Source: Phycisphaerales bacterium (lineage in GTDB: Bacteria; Planctomycetota; Phycisphaerae; Phycisphaerales; UBA1924). From it: DNA of 32,000 nucleotides. Positions within the stretch are counted from its first letter, which is position 1, and each line of letters starts with the position of its first letter. The notes beneath the pieces are model-generated. The model did not search any database and was not told the origin of the DNA. It saw only the letters and a program-made list of their open reading frames with translations. Shown one piece after another: positions 1 through 7,487 of the stretch. Made by a program: the position numbers and the translations under genes. The stretch covers positions 416,627 to 448,626 of the forward strand of contig JBFXBS010000001.1 of assembly GCA_050182995.1 (NCBI GenBank). Direction: 5' to 3'.

Positions 1-1069
1 CGACGATGCGGAAGTCCACGCACTCGAGCCCGGTCGTGTTGGGATACCCCAGGTACGTCGCCTGGAGCGGCGCGGGCCGGCGCGCGAGAACCTCGAGGCT
101 GGCGCCCGCGGAGAGCCCGTGGAGATCGATGAGCAGGTCGACGCCCTCGCGCACGATGGCCTCGGCGATGCGCTCGGGCGCTGCGCCGCCGAGATCCCGC
201 CAGCGCTCCGCGCCGATCGCTCGGCGGAGTTCGCCCGTCACCTCATCGCTCCGCGGCGAAGTCGAAAAGACGCGCAGGTCGAGGCCGGTCGCCTCGTGGT
301 GCCGAAGCAGCGGACTGATGAAGTACGCGACCGAGTGTCGGCGGAGGTCGGATGACATCAGCGCGACGACGGGACGGTCCCGCACCGCCCCGGCGGGCTT
401 CGGCGGGAGCGCGGTGGATCCGTGAGCCGCGCGGACGGCCGACCCCAGCGCCTTGTGCGCCGCGAGCAGCTCCTCCCCGCTCGCGCGGTCGCACGCGTTC
501 AGGAAGAATGCGCGGGCCCGGAGCAGCTCGATGTTTCCCGGGAATGCGCCCAGCGCCGAATCGAGAGATTGGCCAGCTTCGCGCGCCCGTCCGAGCGACG
601 CCAGCGCGAGCGCCTCCTTGTACACGAAATCCGATTCCCCGGGGCTTGCCGCTCGGGCACGGCGTGCCACATTGCCCGCCGCCACGAATCGCCCGCCGCT
701 CTGGAGCAGCCATGCCCAGTTTCGCCAGGGCGTCGGGTCCTGGGGTTGCTGGGCGATCATGGTGTCGGCCGCGGCTGCCGCCCGGCTCCATTGACCGGCC
801 GCGACGAGCACCTCGACGAGGAGCCCCCGGGCCGCTCGGCACTGATCCGCGCCCATCGGCCCCCGAGCAGCCGCGGCAGCCACGGCACGCTCCGCGTAGA
901 TTGCCGCGCTTGCCAGTTCGCCCATCACGGCCTGAACCCGGGCAAGTCGATCGAGCACTTCGGGGTCGTGAGGGCTCTTGCCGAGCGCGCGCAGAAGGTG
1001 AGCCCGCTGGCGCGCCAAGCCGGTCTTGGAAGCGGGGGAAGGAGTCGAATCTGGAGGAGCGGGATTCAT
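1..1069 (-). CDS. TPR-repeat / GT41 O-GlcNAc-transferase-like (SPINDLY family) protein; the N-terminal 356 codons are in the window and the 3' end lies beyond the window start
   Basis: Absent from the ORF track because there is no stop in the window. Manual reverse-complement translation from the ATG at 1069-1067 stays open to position 1. It begins MNPAPPDSTPSPASKTGLARQRAHLLRALGKSPHDPEVLDRLARVQAVMGELASAAIYAERAV (TPR-like helices). It continues ...RPVVALMSSDLRRHSVAYFISPLLRHHEATGLDLRVFS...VDLLIDLHGLSAGASLEVLARRPAPLQATYLGYPNTTGLECVDFRIV. This matches the conserved bacterial SPINDLY/OGT core, including the YLGYPxTTG motif. Confidence 0.75.
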   Translation of the reverse strand, partial: MNPAPPDSTPSPASKTGLARQRAHLLRALGKSPHDPEVLDRLARVQAVMGELASAAIYAERAVAAAAARGPMGADQCRAARGLLVEVLVAAGQWSRAAAAADTMIAQQPQDPTPWRNWAWLLQSGGRFVAAGNVARRARAASPGESDFVYKEALALASLGRAREAGQSLDSALGAFPGNIELLRARAFFLNACDRASGEELLAAHKALGSAVRAAHGSTALPPKPAGAVRDRPVVALMSSDLRRHSVAYFISPLLRHHEATGLDLRVFSTSPRSDEVTGELRRAIGAERWRDLGGAAPERIAEAIVREGVDLLIDLHGLSAGASLEVLARRPAPLQATYLGYPNTTGLECVDFRIV

Positions 1070-1195
1070 GCGTGGCGGGCGATCAACCCAGGGACCGTAC
1101 TCGCCCCAAACTACCACAAAGGGCGTTGCAGGGCGGAATGTAAGAGGTTTCGGCTCGCTTGCCGACGCGGAATCGGCCCGATGGCCGGTTTTTGG

Positions 1196-1224
1196 TTGAC
1201 AGGGGGATTATGCCGTGGTAGATA
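1196..1224 (+). promoter_or_regulatory. Candidate sigma70-type promoter for the first secreted paralog
   Basis: Perfect TTGACA at 1196-1201. After a 17-nt spacer there is TAGATA at 1219-1224, preceded by TGg (extended -10-like). It lies about 75 nt upstream of the ATG at 1298. The -10 hexamer is weak, and promoter rules for this lineage are uncertain. Confidence 0.3.
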
Positions 1225-1297
1225 CATGATTGAGGGCACCCGCTTGCTTGGCTGGCGTTCGCTGGCCGCACGGGTGCATGTGCTGAGGAGGTTTTAC

Positions 1298-3355
1298 ATG
1301 TTGAAGTTGCGCGCTTCCGCTTTGGCTCTGTTTGCGCTTGCGGGGACCGTCTGTGCGACGGACAATGATCTCTGCACGCTCCCGACCAAGCAGGTCACGG
1401 TTCTCCCCGCCGGCGCTCAATGGGCCCCGCGGAGCGAAGTGAACCAGCTCGTGTTCGAGATCACGTCGCCCAGCGACTTCACGGTCGCGGGGAACAGCCG
1501 CGGGACCGGTGGGTCGGCCGCGACGACCAACGACGGGAGCTTCCCGAACTATCCGCCCGCCCAGAACGTCGTGTACCCGATCGCGGCGAACGGCTTCGCG
1601 TTCGGCTGGATCGCGTTCGGGCCCGCGCCCGACGTGGCCGCCAACTTCGATTACCAGTGCGTCTTTTATGACGACATCGACATGACGATCCAGGCCGCCG
1701 CGGCCCCGTACTTCAGCAACGTGCTCGGCACGTTCCGCCAGAACAACATCGCGCCGTCGTGGGGCTTCGTCCAGTGGTTCCAGGATCCGCTGGCCCTGGT
1801 CGACGGCCTCGGCAACCCCGTCACGATCAATTTCCCCGATCCGAACTGGGGCTATGACGTCCGCATCTTCGAGACCGGCACGAACAACCTGTGGCACGGC
1901 GCCGGTCACTCAACCGGCGGCACGCCGGGCAACAGCGCCGGGAGCGTGACGCAGATCGTTCCGCTCGCCCGCGGTGGCGGCGGCGCGGCACCGGTCACCG
2001 GCTCGTCCTCGCCCAACTACTTCCGCAACGATCCCGCGGCCTCGGATGCGAGCCTCGGCGTCAACCAGGACACGCTGAACATCGCGGCGTTCAACGCCGG
2101 CAACATCGCCAGCCGCCGCGACATCTACATCAAGCTCCAGTCCGACATCCCGGCGCCCCCGCCCCCGACGTTCTTCGACTTCATCACGGGCGTGCAGGAC
2201 ATGCCGGTGTCGACGCTCGATTGCGCCGGCACGGCGCCCAACGGCGCCGATGTGTCGTACACGTTCGCGGTCAATCCCGCTGAGGCTCGCCTCGTCGGGT
2301 TCCGCCTGAGCGGCGACGCGTCGGTCGACAGCAACACGTTCGTCGACATCACCACGGAGACCGATGGTCCCGACATGGCGATGTGCCTGTACAACGAGTT
2401 CGGCGTGCGTCTGGCCAGCGACGAGGACAACGGCGATCTGCTCAACCCGCAGCTCACCTTCGGCCACGGTCGCCGCCCCGCGGTTGGTGACTCCAAGCAG
2501 GGCAACGGCCGCAACGGCGACCTCGCCGCCGGCGCGTACTACATCGGCATCGGTGGCTTCGGCACGACGTTCGGCTCCTCGGGCTTCAACGTCAACGGCG
2601 CCGCCAGCATCGAGTTCGGCAACTGCACCATCCGCATCTCCCACAACACCGGTGGCGAGGCCTGCCCGCTGCCCGCGCCCGTCGCGCCCACGGCGGCGGT
2701 CCAGGGTCTCCTCCCCGCCGGCGTCACCACCATCGCGGTGGCCGAAGTCGGCTTCGGCGAGGTCCAGTGGATGACCTTCGACACCGACTACGCCGTCATG
2801 CCCGGTGACACCTCCACCTTCCTCGACATCACCACGGCCGGCTCCGATGCGGTCGTCGACAGCGAGATCGGCGTGTTCGACAGCCTCGGCAACCGCGTCG
2901 CCGACAACGACGACGGGTGCGGCGACTTCGGCGCCACCGCCGGTCTGTCGGTCCTGTCGTTCTCCGACGTTGGCGCTCTCTCCCGCCCCGGCATCGGCAC
3001 CTGCCTTGCCACCGGCCAGAGCGGCGACAACCTCCCCGCCGGCACCTACTACCTCTGCATCGGCCTCTTCGACACCGACTTCCGTGACACCGGCTGGCAG
3101 GCCCGCTCCGACAGCGGCTCGCGCCTGACCGTCAACGTCAACTTCCGCACGCCCGCGGGCTGCCCGGCCGACTTCAACAACGACGGCAACATCGACCCCG
3201 ACGACCTCGGCGACTTCATCAACTGCTACTTCGGCGAGCAGGCTTCGCCCGGCTCCTGCCCCGCCGCGGACTTCAACAGCGACACGAGCATCGACCCCGA
3301 TGACCTCGGCGACTTCATCAACGCCTACTTCTCCACCGTCGGCGTCGGCTGCTGA
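1298..3355 (+). CDS. Secreted protein: signal peptide, unrecognised ~330-aa N-terminal region, two PPC (pre-peptidase C-terminal)-like modules, and two dockerin/EF-hand-like repeats ending in Cys
   Basis: The in-frame ATG at 1298 is preceded by GAGGAG (1285-1290). The N-terminus MLKLRASALALFALAGTVCA/TD is a canonical signal peptide. PPC-like blocks: FVDITTETDGPDMAMCLYNEFGVRLASDEDNGD...LAAGAYYIGIGGFG and FLDITTAGSDAVVDSEIGVFDSLGNRVADNDDGCGD...LPAGTYYLCIGLFD. C-terminus: CPADFNNDGNIDPDDLGDFINCYF...CPAADFNSDTSIDPDDLGDFINAYFSTVGVGC. This resembles what annotation pipelines call a GC-type dockerin domain (from memory, unverified). The ORF-track extension back to 422 has no protein-like features. 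Confidence 0.85.
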   Translation: MLKLRASALALFALAGTVCATDNDLCTLPTKQVTVLPAGAQWAPRSEVNQLVFEITSPSDFTVAGNSRGTGGSAATTNDGSFPNYPPAQNVVYPIAANGFAFGWIAFGPAPDVAANFDYQCVFYDDIDMTIQAAAAPYFSNVLGTFRQNNIAPSWGFVQWFQDPLALVDGLGNPVTINFPDPNWGYDVRIFETGTNNLWHGAGHSTGGTPGNSAGSVTQIVPLARGGGGAAPVTGSSSPNYFRNDPAASDASLGVNQDTLNIAAFNAGNIASRRDIYIKLQSDIPAPPPPTFFDFITGVQDMPVSTLDCAGTAPNGADVSYTFAVNPAEARLVGFRLSGDASVDSNTFVDITTETDGPDMAMCLYNEFGVRLASDEDNGDLLNPQLTFGHGRRPAVGDSKQGNGRNGDLAAGAYYIGIGGFGTTFGSSGFNVNGAASIEFGNCTIRISHNTGGEACPLPAPVAPTAAVQGLLPAGVTTIAVAEVGFGEVQWMTFDTDYAVMPGDTSTFLDITTAGSDAVVDSEIGVFDSLGNRVADNDDGCGDFGATAGLSVLSFSDVGALSRPGIGTCLATGQSGDNLPAGTYYLCIGLFDTDFRDTGWQARSDSGSRLTVNVNFRTPAGCPADFNNDGNIDPDDLGDFINCYFGEQASPGSCPAADFNSDTSIDPDDLGDFINAYFSTVGVGC
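3161..3331 (+). repeat. Two tandem dockerin/EF-hand-like coding repeats (DFNxDGxxDPDDLGDFINxYF), units 3161-3232 and 3257-3331
   Basis: The two units are directly visible in the translation and at the DNA level (gacttcaac...gaccccga(c/t)gacctcggcgacttcatcaac occurs twice). Confidence 0.85.
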
Positions 3356-3385
3356 GCCACGCGTTTCGGAACCTCACTGAGCACG

Positions 3386-3420
3386 ACCGGCCGGGCTTGA
3401 TCGCCCGGCCGGTTTTTTTT
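3386..3420 (+). terminator. Rho-independent terminator after the first paralog
   Basis: Stem ACCGGCCGGGC (3386-3396), loop TTGATC, stem GCCCGGCCGGT (3403-3413), running into T8 (3413-3420). It starts 31 nt after the stop at 3355. Confidence 0.85.
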
Positions 3421-3642
3421 CGTTGCGACTCCGGGTGACCTGGGGGCATTGGGCGAAATTCCGGCCGGCGGGCTCCGCCGGCGCTCGGCACTCCGCCCCT
3501 GCCGAACCGGCCAGCGCGGTCCTTCATCCGAGCCACAACCGGTTTTTGCCGGAACGGCGGAACCAGCGCATCTCTGGCTCGGATAGTTCGACGCGAAGAA
3601 AAGGGGAACGGCCCGCAATTCTGCCGGGCCATGGAGGTTTCG

Positions 3643-5682
3643 ATGAATATCGTGAGAAGGGCTGTGCTCCCCTGCTGTCTCTGCGCGCTCGCCGGGTCGG
3701 CGACGGCGCTCGGACAGGTTCGCGCTGCCGACGAATTCCCCGCGGGGGTCATCAATCAGTACCAGGTGGTGGATTGGGACACGCCGGCGGGAACCGAAGT
3801 CGTGCAGGCCGTGTACGAGATTGCGTCGCTCTCCGACAATGCCGCCGCGGGCACCGCGTTCGGCAACGGCGGGTCGACGCTCACGTTTGACGTCGGGCGT
3901 TTCCCGATGTTCCCCGCGGCGCAGGGCGTGCCCGACCCCGTCCCCGTGAGCCTCATCGCCTTCGGCTGGGTCACCTCGTCGCAGCAGCAGCAGACGTTCG
4001 ACTACGGCATCACGTTCTTCAACACGATCGACACCGCTGCCACGGCGGCGCCGTTCTACAGCGGCGTCATCGCTGCCGTACGCATCAACGGCATCACAAC
4101 CCCGGCCCAGCTCCCCAATCGTCAGCTTACGCAGTGGCTGCAGCAGGGCATCCAGTTCAACGACGCGCAGGGGAACCCGCTGGTGATCCCCTTCCCGCGT
4201 GACGCCGACTGGGGCTACGAAACGCGGATTCTCACGCCGGGCACCAACGACCTGTTCCCGCAGAACACGGGCGTGCAGGCCAAGACCCGCGGCGGAACGC
4301 TGGCGCCGCTCACCGGCACCAGCGAGGCCCGTCGCTGGTTCGACGCGAACTTCGACGGCACGATCGACCCGAACCCCGCGGCGACACCGCTCGAAGTCTC
4401 GGGCAACGTGGCCACTCGTCGTGACGTCTATCTCAAGCTTCGGGCCGATATTCCCGCGGCGCCCCCGCCCGGGTTCGTCGACCTTGTGCCCGGCGGCACG
4501 GAAGTGGACCCGGCCGACTCGGACTGCAACACCGGCTCGGGCATGACGACCATCGATGTCGAGGTGCTCCCGGGCGAGACGGACTTTGTCCGCTTCGAGA
4601 TTCCGGCGGGCGTGAACGTCGATGACAGCACGTTCCTCGACATCACGGTGGACAGCTCGGTCTCGCTCGCGCTCACCGACATGGCGCTCTACAACGCCGA
4701 CGGCAACCGCATCGCCATCGACGCGGACGCCGGCGCCAACCTCGACCCGCAGCTCAGCTTCGGGCACGGGCGTCGTCCGGGCACGGGCGACGCGGTCAAG
4801 CTCGACGGCCGCGACGGCGATCTTCCCCCCGGCATCTACTTCCTGGCGATCGCGGGCCAGGGCGCCGGCTTCGGCAGCTCTTCGTTCAACGTCAACGCCG
4901 CCGACACGATCGACTTCGGCACGGTGAGCGTGACGGTCACCACGAACGTGAGCGCGACGGCGAACTGCGCGCTGCCCGCGCCGATCGCACCCGACGTCGC
5001 GCTCGATGTCGGACTTCTCCCGCAGGGCGTCGCGAGCCAGGCGCCGATCCAGCCTGCCGCGGGCGAGGTGCTGTGGATGACCTTCACCACTGACTTCACG
5101 GTCGATGCCGGCAGCCCCGGCAACTTCCTCGATATCGACACGCTGGGCTCCGAGGACGGCACGGCCAACCGCGGCCCGGGCCTGGCCCTCTACGACACCA
5201 GCGGCAACCTCATCGCCACCGACTCGCGCAGCGGGCCGGGCGCGAACTCGCAGCTCTCCTTCCGCCAGCCCGGCAGCTCGGCGCCGGCGGTCGGCGACGG
5301 CGAGCCCTACGCCGGGCAGAGCGGGAGCACCCTCCCCGCGGGCACCTACTTCCTCGCCTTCGGCTCCTTCGACGCGCCCCCGGCGGTCCTCGATGCCCGC
5401 TCCACGGGCTGGCAGGTCCGCGCCGGCACCACCACCAGCCAGAACGTGCAGATCAACTTCCGCACGTCCGCCGGCGATGGTGGTTGCCCCGCCGACTTCA
5501 ACAATGACGGCAACGTCGACCCCGACGACCTCGGCGACTACATCAACTGCTTCTTCGGCAACGCCGCCAACCCCGGGTCCTGCCCCGAAGCCGACTTCAA
5601 CAACGATGGCAGCGCCGATCCTGACGATCTCGGCGACTTCATCAACATCTACTTCACCGTCACCGGCGGTCAGCCCTGCTGA
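3643..5682 (+). CDS. Paralog of 1298-3355: secreted protein with the same architecture (unknown N-terminal region, two PPC-like modules, double dockerin-like tail)
   Basis: GGAGG (3633-3637) lies 5 nt upstream of the ATG at 3643; the alternative ATG at 3631 contains that SD. Signal peptide: MNIVRRAVLPCCLCALAGSATALGQVRA. Blocks colinear with the first paralog: RRDVYLKLRADIPAAPPP vs RRDIYIKLQSDIPAPPPP; LDPQLSFGHGRRPGTGD vs LNPQLTFGHGRRPAVGD; CALPAPIAP vs CPLPAPVAP; GEVLWMTFTTDF vs GEVQWMTFDTDY. C-terminus: CPADFNNDGNVDPDDLGDYINCFF...CPEADFNNDGSADPDDLGDFINIYFTVTGGQPC. Confidence 0.85.
   Translation: MNIVRRAVLPCCLCALAGSATALGQVRAADEFPAGVINQYQVVDWDTPAGTEVVQAVYEIASLSDNAAAGTAFGNGGSTLTFDVGRFPMFPAAQGVPDPVPVSLIAFGWVTSSQQQQTFDYGITFFNTIDTAATAAPFYSGVIAAVRINGITTPAQLPNRQLTQWLQQGIQFNDAQGNPLVIPFPRDADWGYETRILTPGTNDLFPQNTGVQAKTRGGTLAPLTGTSEARRWFDANFDGTIDPNPAATPLEVSGNVATRRDVYLKLRADIPAAPPPGFVDLVPGGTEVDPADSDCNTGSGMTTIDVEVLPGETDFVRFEIPAGVNVDDSTFLDITVDSSVSLALTDMALYNADGNRIAIDADAGANLDPQLSFGHGRRPGTGDAVKLDGRDGDLPPGIYFLAIAGQGAGFGSSSFNVNAADTIDFGTVSVTVTTNVSATANCALPAPIAPDVALDVGLLPQGVASQAPIQPAAGEVLWMTFTTDFTVDAGSPGNFLDIDTLGSEDGTANRGPGLALYDTSGNLIATDSRSGPGANSQLSFRQPGSSAPAVGDGEPYAGQSGSTLPAGTYFLAFGSFDAPPAVLDARSTGWQVRAGTTTSQNVQINFRTSAGDGGCPADFNNDGNVDPDDLGDYINCFFGNAANPGSCPEADFNNDGSADPDDLGDFINIYFTVTGGQPC
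5485..5655 (+). repeat. Two tandem dockerin/EF-hand-like coding repeats, units 5485-5556 and 5581-5655
   Basis: Same motif as 3161-3331. Unit 5485-5556 is identical to 3161-3232 at 67 of 72 nt by manual alignment. Confidence 0.85.
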
Positions 5683-5747
5683 GCCCGTCGGGCTGATGGT
5701 CCATTCTTTGCCTCAGCCTTCCTGATCCCTCACGATCAGGAACCTCG

Positions 5748-5782
5748 CCGGTCGCGCCCCACAGGGCGCGGCCGGTTTTTGT
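5748..5782 (+). terminator. Rho-independent terminator after the second paralog
   Basis: Stem CCGGTCGCGCC (5748-5758), loop CCACAG, stem GGCGCGGCCGG (5765-5775, with one G-U pair), then TTTTTGTT. A smaller hairpin CCTGATC-CCTCAC-GATCAGG (5721-5740) precedes it. Confidence 0.8.
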
Positions 5783-5828
5783 TGGATCGCCGGCGCTCGC
5801 CCCTACACTTGGCCCTTTGGGAGCCTTC

Positions 5829-7445
5829 ATGTCCGACGCATCGAGCGCTTCGCCGACGCCCGCCAGCAGCCCCAGCGCCGCCAAGAGCATGGACGCCATC
5901 ATGGCCCTGTGCAAGCGGCGCGGGTTCATCTACCAGGCCAGCGAGATCTACGGCGGGATCAACGGCTTCTGGGACTACGGCCCGCTCGGTGCGCAGCTCA
6001 AGAAGAACCTGCGCGAGGCGTGGTGGCAGGACATGATCATGAACCCGGCGTGGGGCCGCAAAGGCCCGGGCGGCGAGCGCGTGCGCTGTGTGCCGCTGGA
6101 GACGTGCATCATCCAGCATCCCAGAGTGTGGGAAGCGAGCGGGCACGTGGGGGGGTTCAATGATCCGATGGTGGATTGCCGTGAAACAAAGCGACGATAT
6201 CGTGCAGACCACCTTGGCGTGCTGGTCGCTCAGAACGATCCCGACAAGCATTTGATGTTTGCGTTTGTCGGTGATGATGACACAGAGAAAGAGGCACACA
6301 AAAAGGCCGAGAAGTACCTCGCGAAGAATCCCGGCGCGGTTGCGTTCGTCGTGCGGTCGTTTGTAGGGAAGCCCGGCGTGCCGGCTGAGCAGATCTCACA
6401 AGTGCTCGGCCCGCACGCCAAAGAAAAGGGCACACTCACCGAGCCCCGCCAGTTCAACCTCATGTTCAAGACCTACACCGGCGCCACCGCAACCGAGGAC
6501 GACAAGGTCTACATGCGCCCCGAGACGGCCCAGGGCATCTTCGTCCAGTTCAAGAATGTCATCGACACGACGCGGGTCAAGATTCCCTTCGGCATCGGCA
6601 ACACGGGCCGCTCGTTTCGCAACGAGGTGACGCCGCGGAACTTCACGTTCCGCTCGCGCGAGTTTGAGCAGGCCGAGCTCGAGTTTTTCTGCCACCCCTC
6701 CGAGTCGCAGGACTGGTACAGGTTCTGGCGCGATTTCCGCATGGAGTGGTGGAAATCGATCGGCCTCGCCGGCGAGAACCTCATCCTGCGCGAGCACGCC
6801 AAGGACGAGCTCTCGCACTACTCCGTCGGCACGAGCGATGTCGAGTATCGGTTCCCGTTCACCGCGCCGGGCTTCGGCGAGCTTGAAGGCATCGCCCACC
6901 GCGGCGATTTTGATCTCCGTCAGCACCAGGAGCACAGCAAGGTCAAGCTCGACTACTTCGACACCACCCGCGGCGAAACGCTTCCCAACGGCGGCAAGAA
7001 GGGCGAGCGGTATCTGCCGCACTGCATCGAGCCCGCCGCGGGGCTCGATCGCGGGGCGCTCGCGCTCATCTGCGAGGCGTACACGCGTGACGATTCGCGT
7101 CCGTCGCCGGAGATCATGAAGTTTCACCCGCGCGTGGCGCCGATCAAGGCCGCGGTCTTTCCGCTGGTCGACAAGGACGGCATGCCGGAAGTCGCCGAGA
7201 AGCTTGCCGACGACCTTTTCGCGAAGTTCGGCAAGTCGGGCTTCATCGAGACTGATCCGAAGCAAAGCATCGGGAAGCGCTACGCGCGGATGGACGAGGC
7301 GGGGTGCCCGTTCTGCTTCACGATCGACGGCGACACGCTCAAGGACCAGACAGTCACCGTGCGCGATCGCGATACAGGCAGGCAGGAGCGGATCGCACTC
7401 GATCGGGTGGTCGGCTTCCTGGGCGAGCGGCTGGGAGGCGGGTGA
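5829..7445 (+). CDS. glyQS: Glycine--tRNA ligase (dimeric class II GlyRS)
   Basis: Recognisable blocks: MDAIMALCKRRGFIYQASEIYGGINGFWDYGPLGAQLKKNL, DPMVDCRETKRRYRADHL, FNLMFKTYTG, YMRPETAQGIFVQFKNV, GRSFRNEVTPRNFTFRSREFEQAELEFF, GIAHRGDFDL. The ATG at 5829 has GGGAG at 5819-5823. The track start at 5817 is a TTG. Confidence 0.93.
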   Translation: MSDASSASPTPASSPSAAKSMDAIMALCKRRGFIYQASEIYGGINGFWDYGPLGAQLKKNLREAWWQDMIMNPAWGRKGPGGERVRCVPLETCIIQHPRVWEASGHVGGFNDPMVDCRETKRRYRADHLGVLVAQNDPDKHLMFAFVGDDDTEKEAHKKAEKYLAKNPGAVAFVVRSFVGKPGVPAEQISQVLGPHAKEKGTLTEPRQFNLMFKTYTGATATEDDKVYMRPETAQGIFVQFKNVIDTTRVKIPFGIGNTGRSFRNEVTPRNFTFRSREFEQAELEFFCHPSESQDWYRFWRDFRMEWWKSIGLAGENLILREHAKDELSHYSVGTSDVEYRFPFTAPGFGELEGIAHRGDFDLRQHQEHSKVKLDYFDTTRGETLPNGGKKGERYLPHCIEPAAGLDRGALALICEAYTRDDSRPSPEIMKFHPRVAPIKAAVFPLVDKDGMPEVAEKLADDLFAKFGKSGFIETDPKQSIGKRYARMDEAGCPFCFTIDGDTLKDQTVTVRDRDTGRQERIALDRVVGFLGERLGGG

Positions 7446-7487
7446 GGCGGGTAAACCGGCGAATCGGCTCCTACGTTTGGCCTCCCG

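Noticed and set aside
1171-1195. A terminator-like hairpin (AATCGGCC-CGAT-GGCCGGTT followed by TTTGG) just upstream of the TTGACA box
   Set aside because: No + strand gene lies upstream for it to terminate, and the stem is short with a G-U pair. It may be incidental or an insulator. Evidence is insufficient to call it.
422-1297. An N-terminal 292-codon extension of the first paralog ORF, plus ORFs 6-425+, 352-1143+ and 243-842-
   Set aside because: The extension is Arg-rich with no protein-like pattern. The real signal peptide and SD are at 1298. The region is explained by the minus-strand TPR/OGT gene.
3325-4767. A 480-aa minus-strand ORF, and 10054-11409 (451 aa, minus), opposite the second paralog and TerC copies 2/3
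   Set aside because: Arg/Glu/Asp/Gly-rich, with no motifs. The sense strands carry a signal peptide with PPC motifs and TerC motifs respectively. ORF 3325-4767 also runs through a strong + strand terminator.
7446-7487. A second Mn riboswitch upstream of TerC copy 1 or copy 3
   Set aside because: The gaps are 42 nt and -4 nt. There is no room, and no GGGGAGUAG or AGCAAGACC strings are present.
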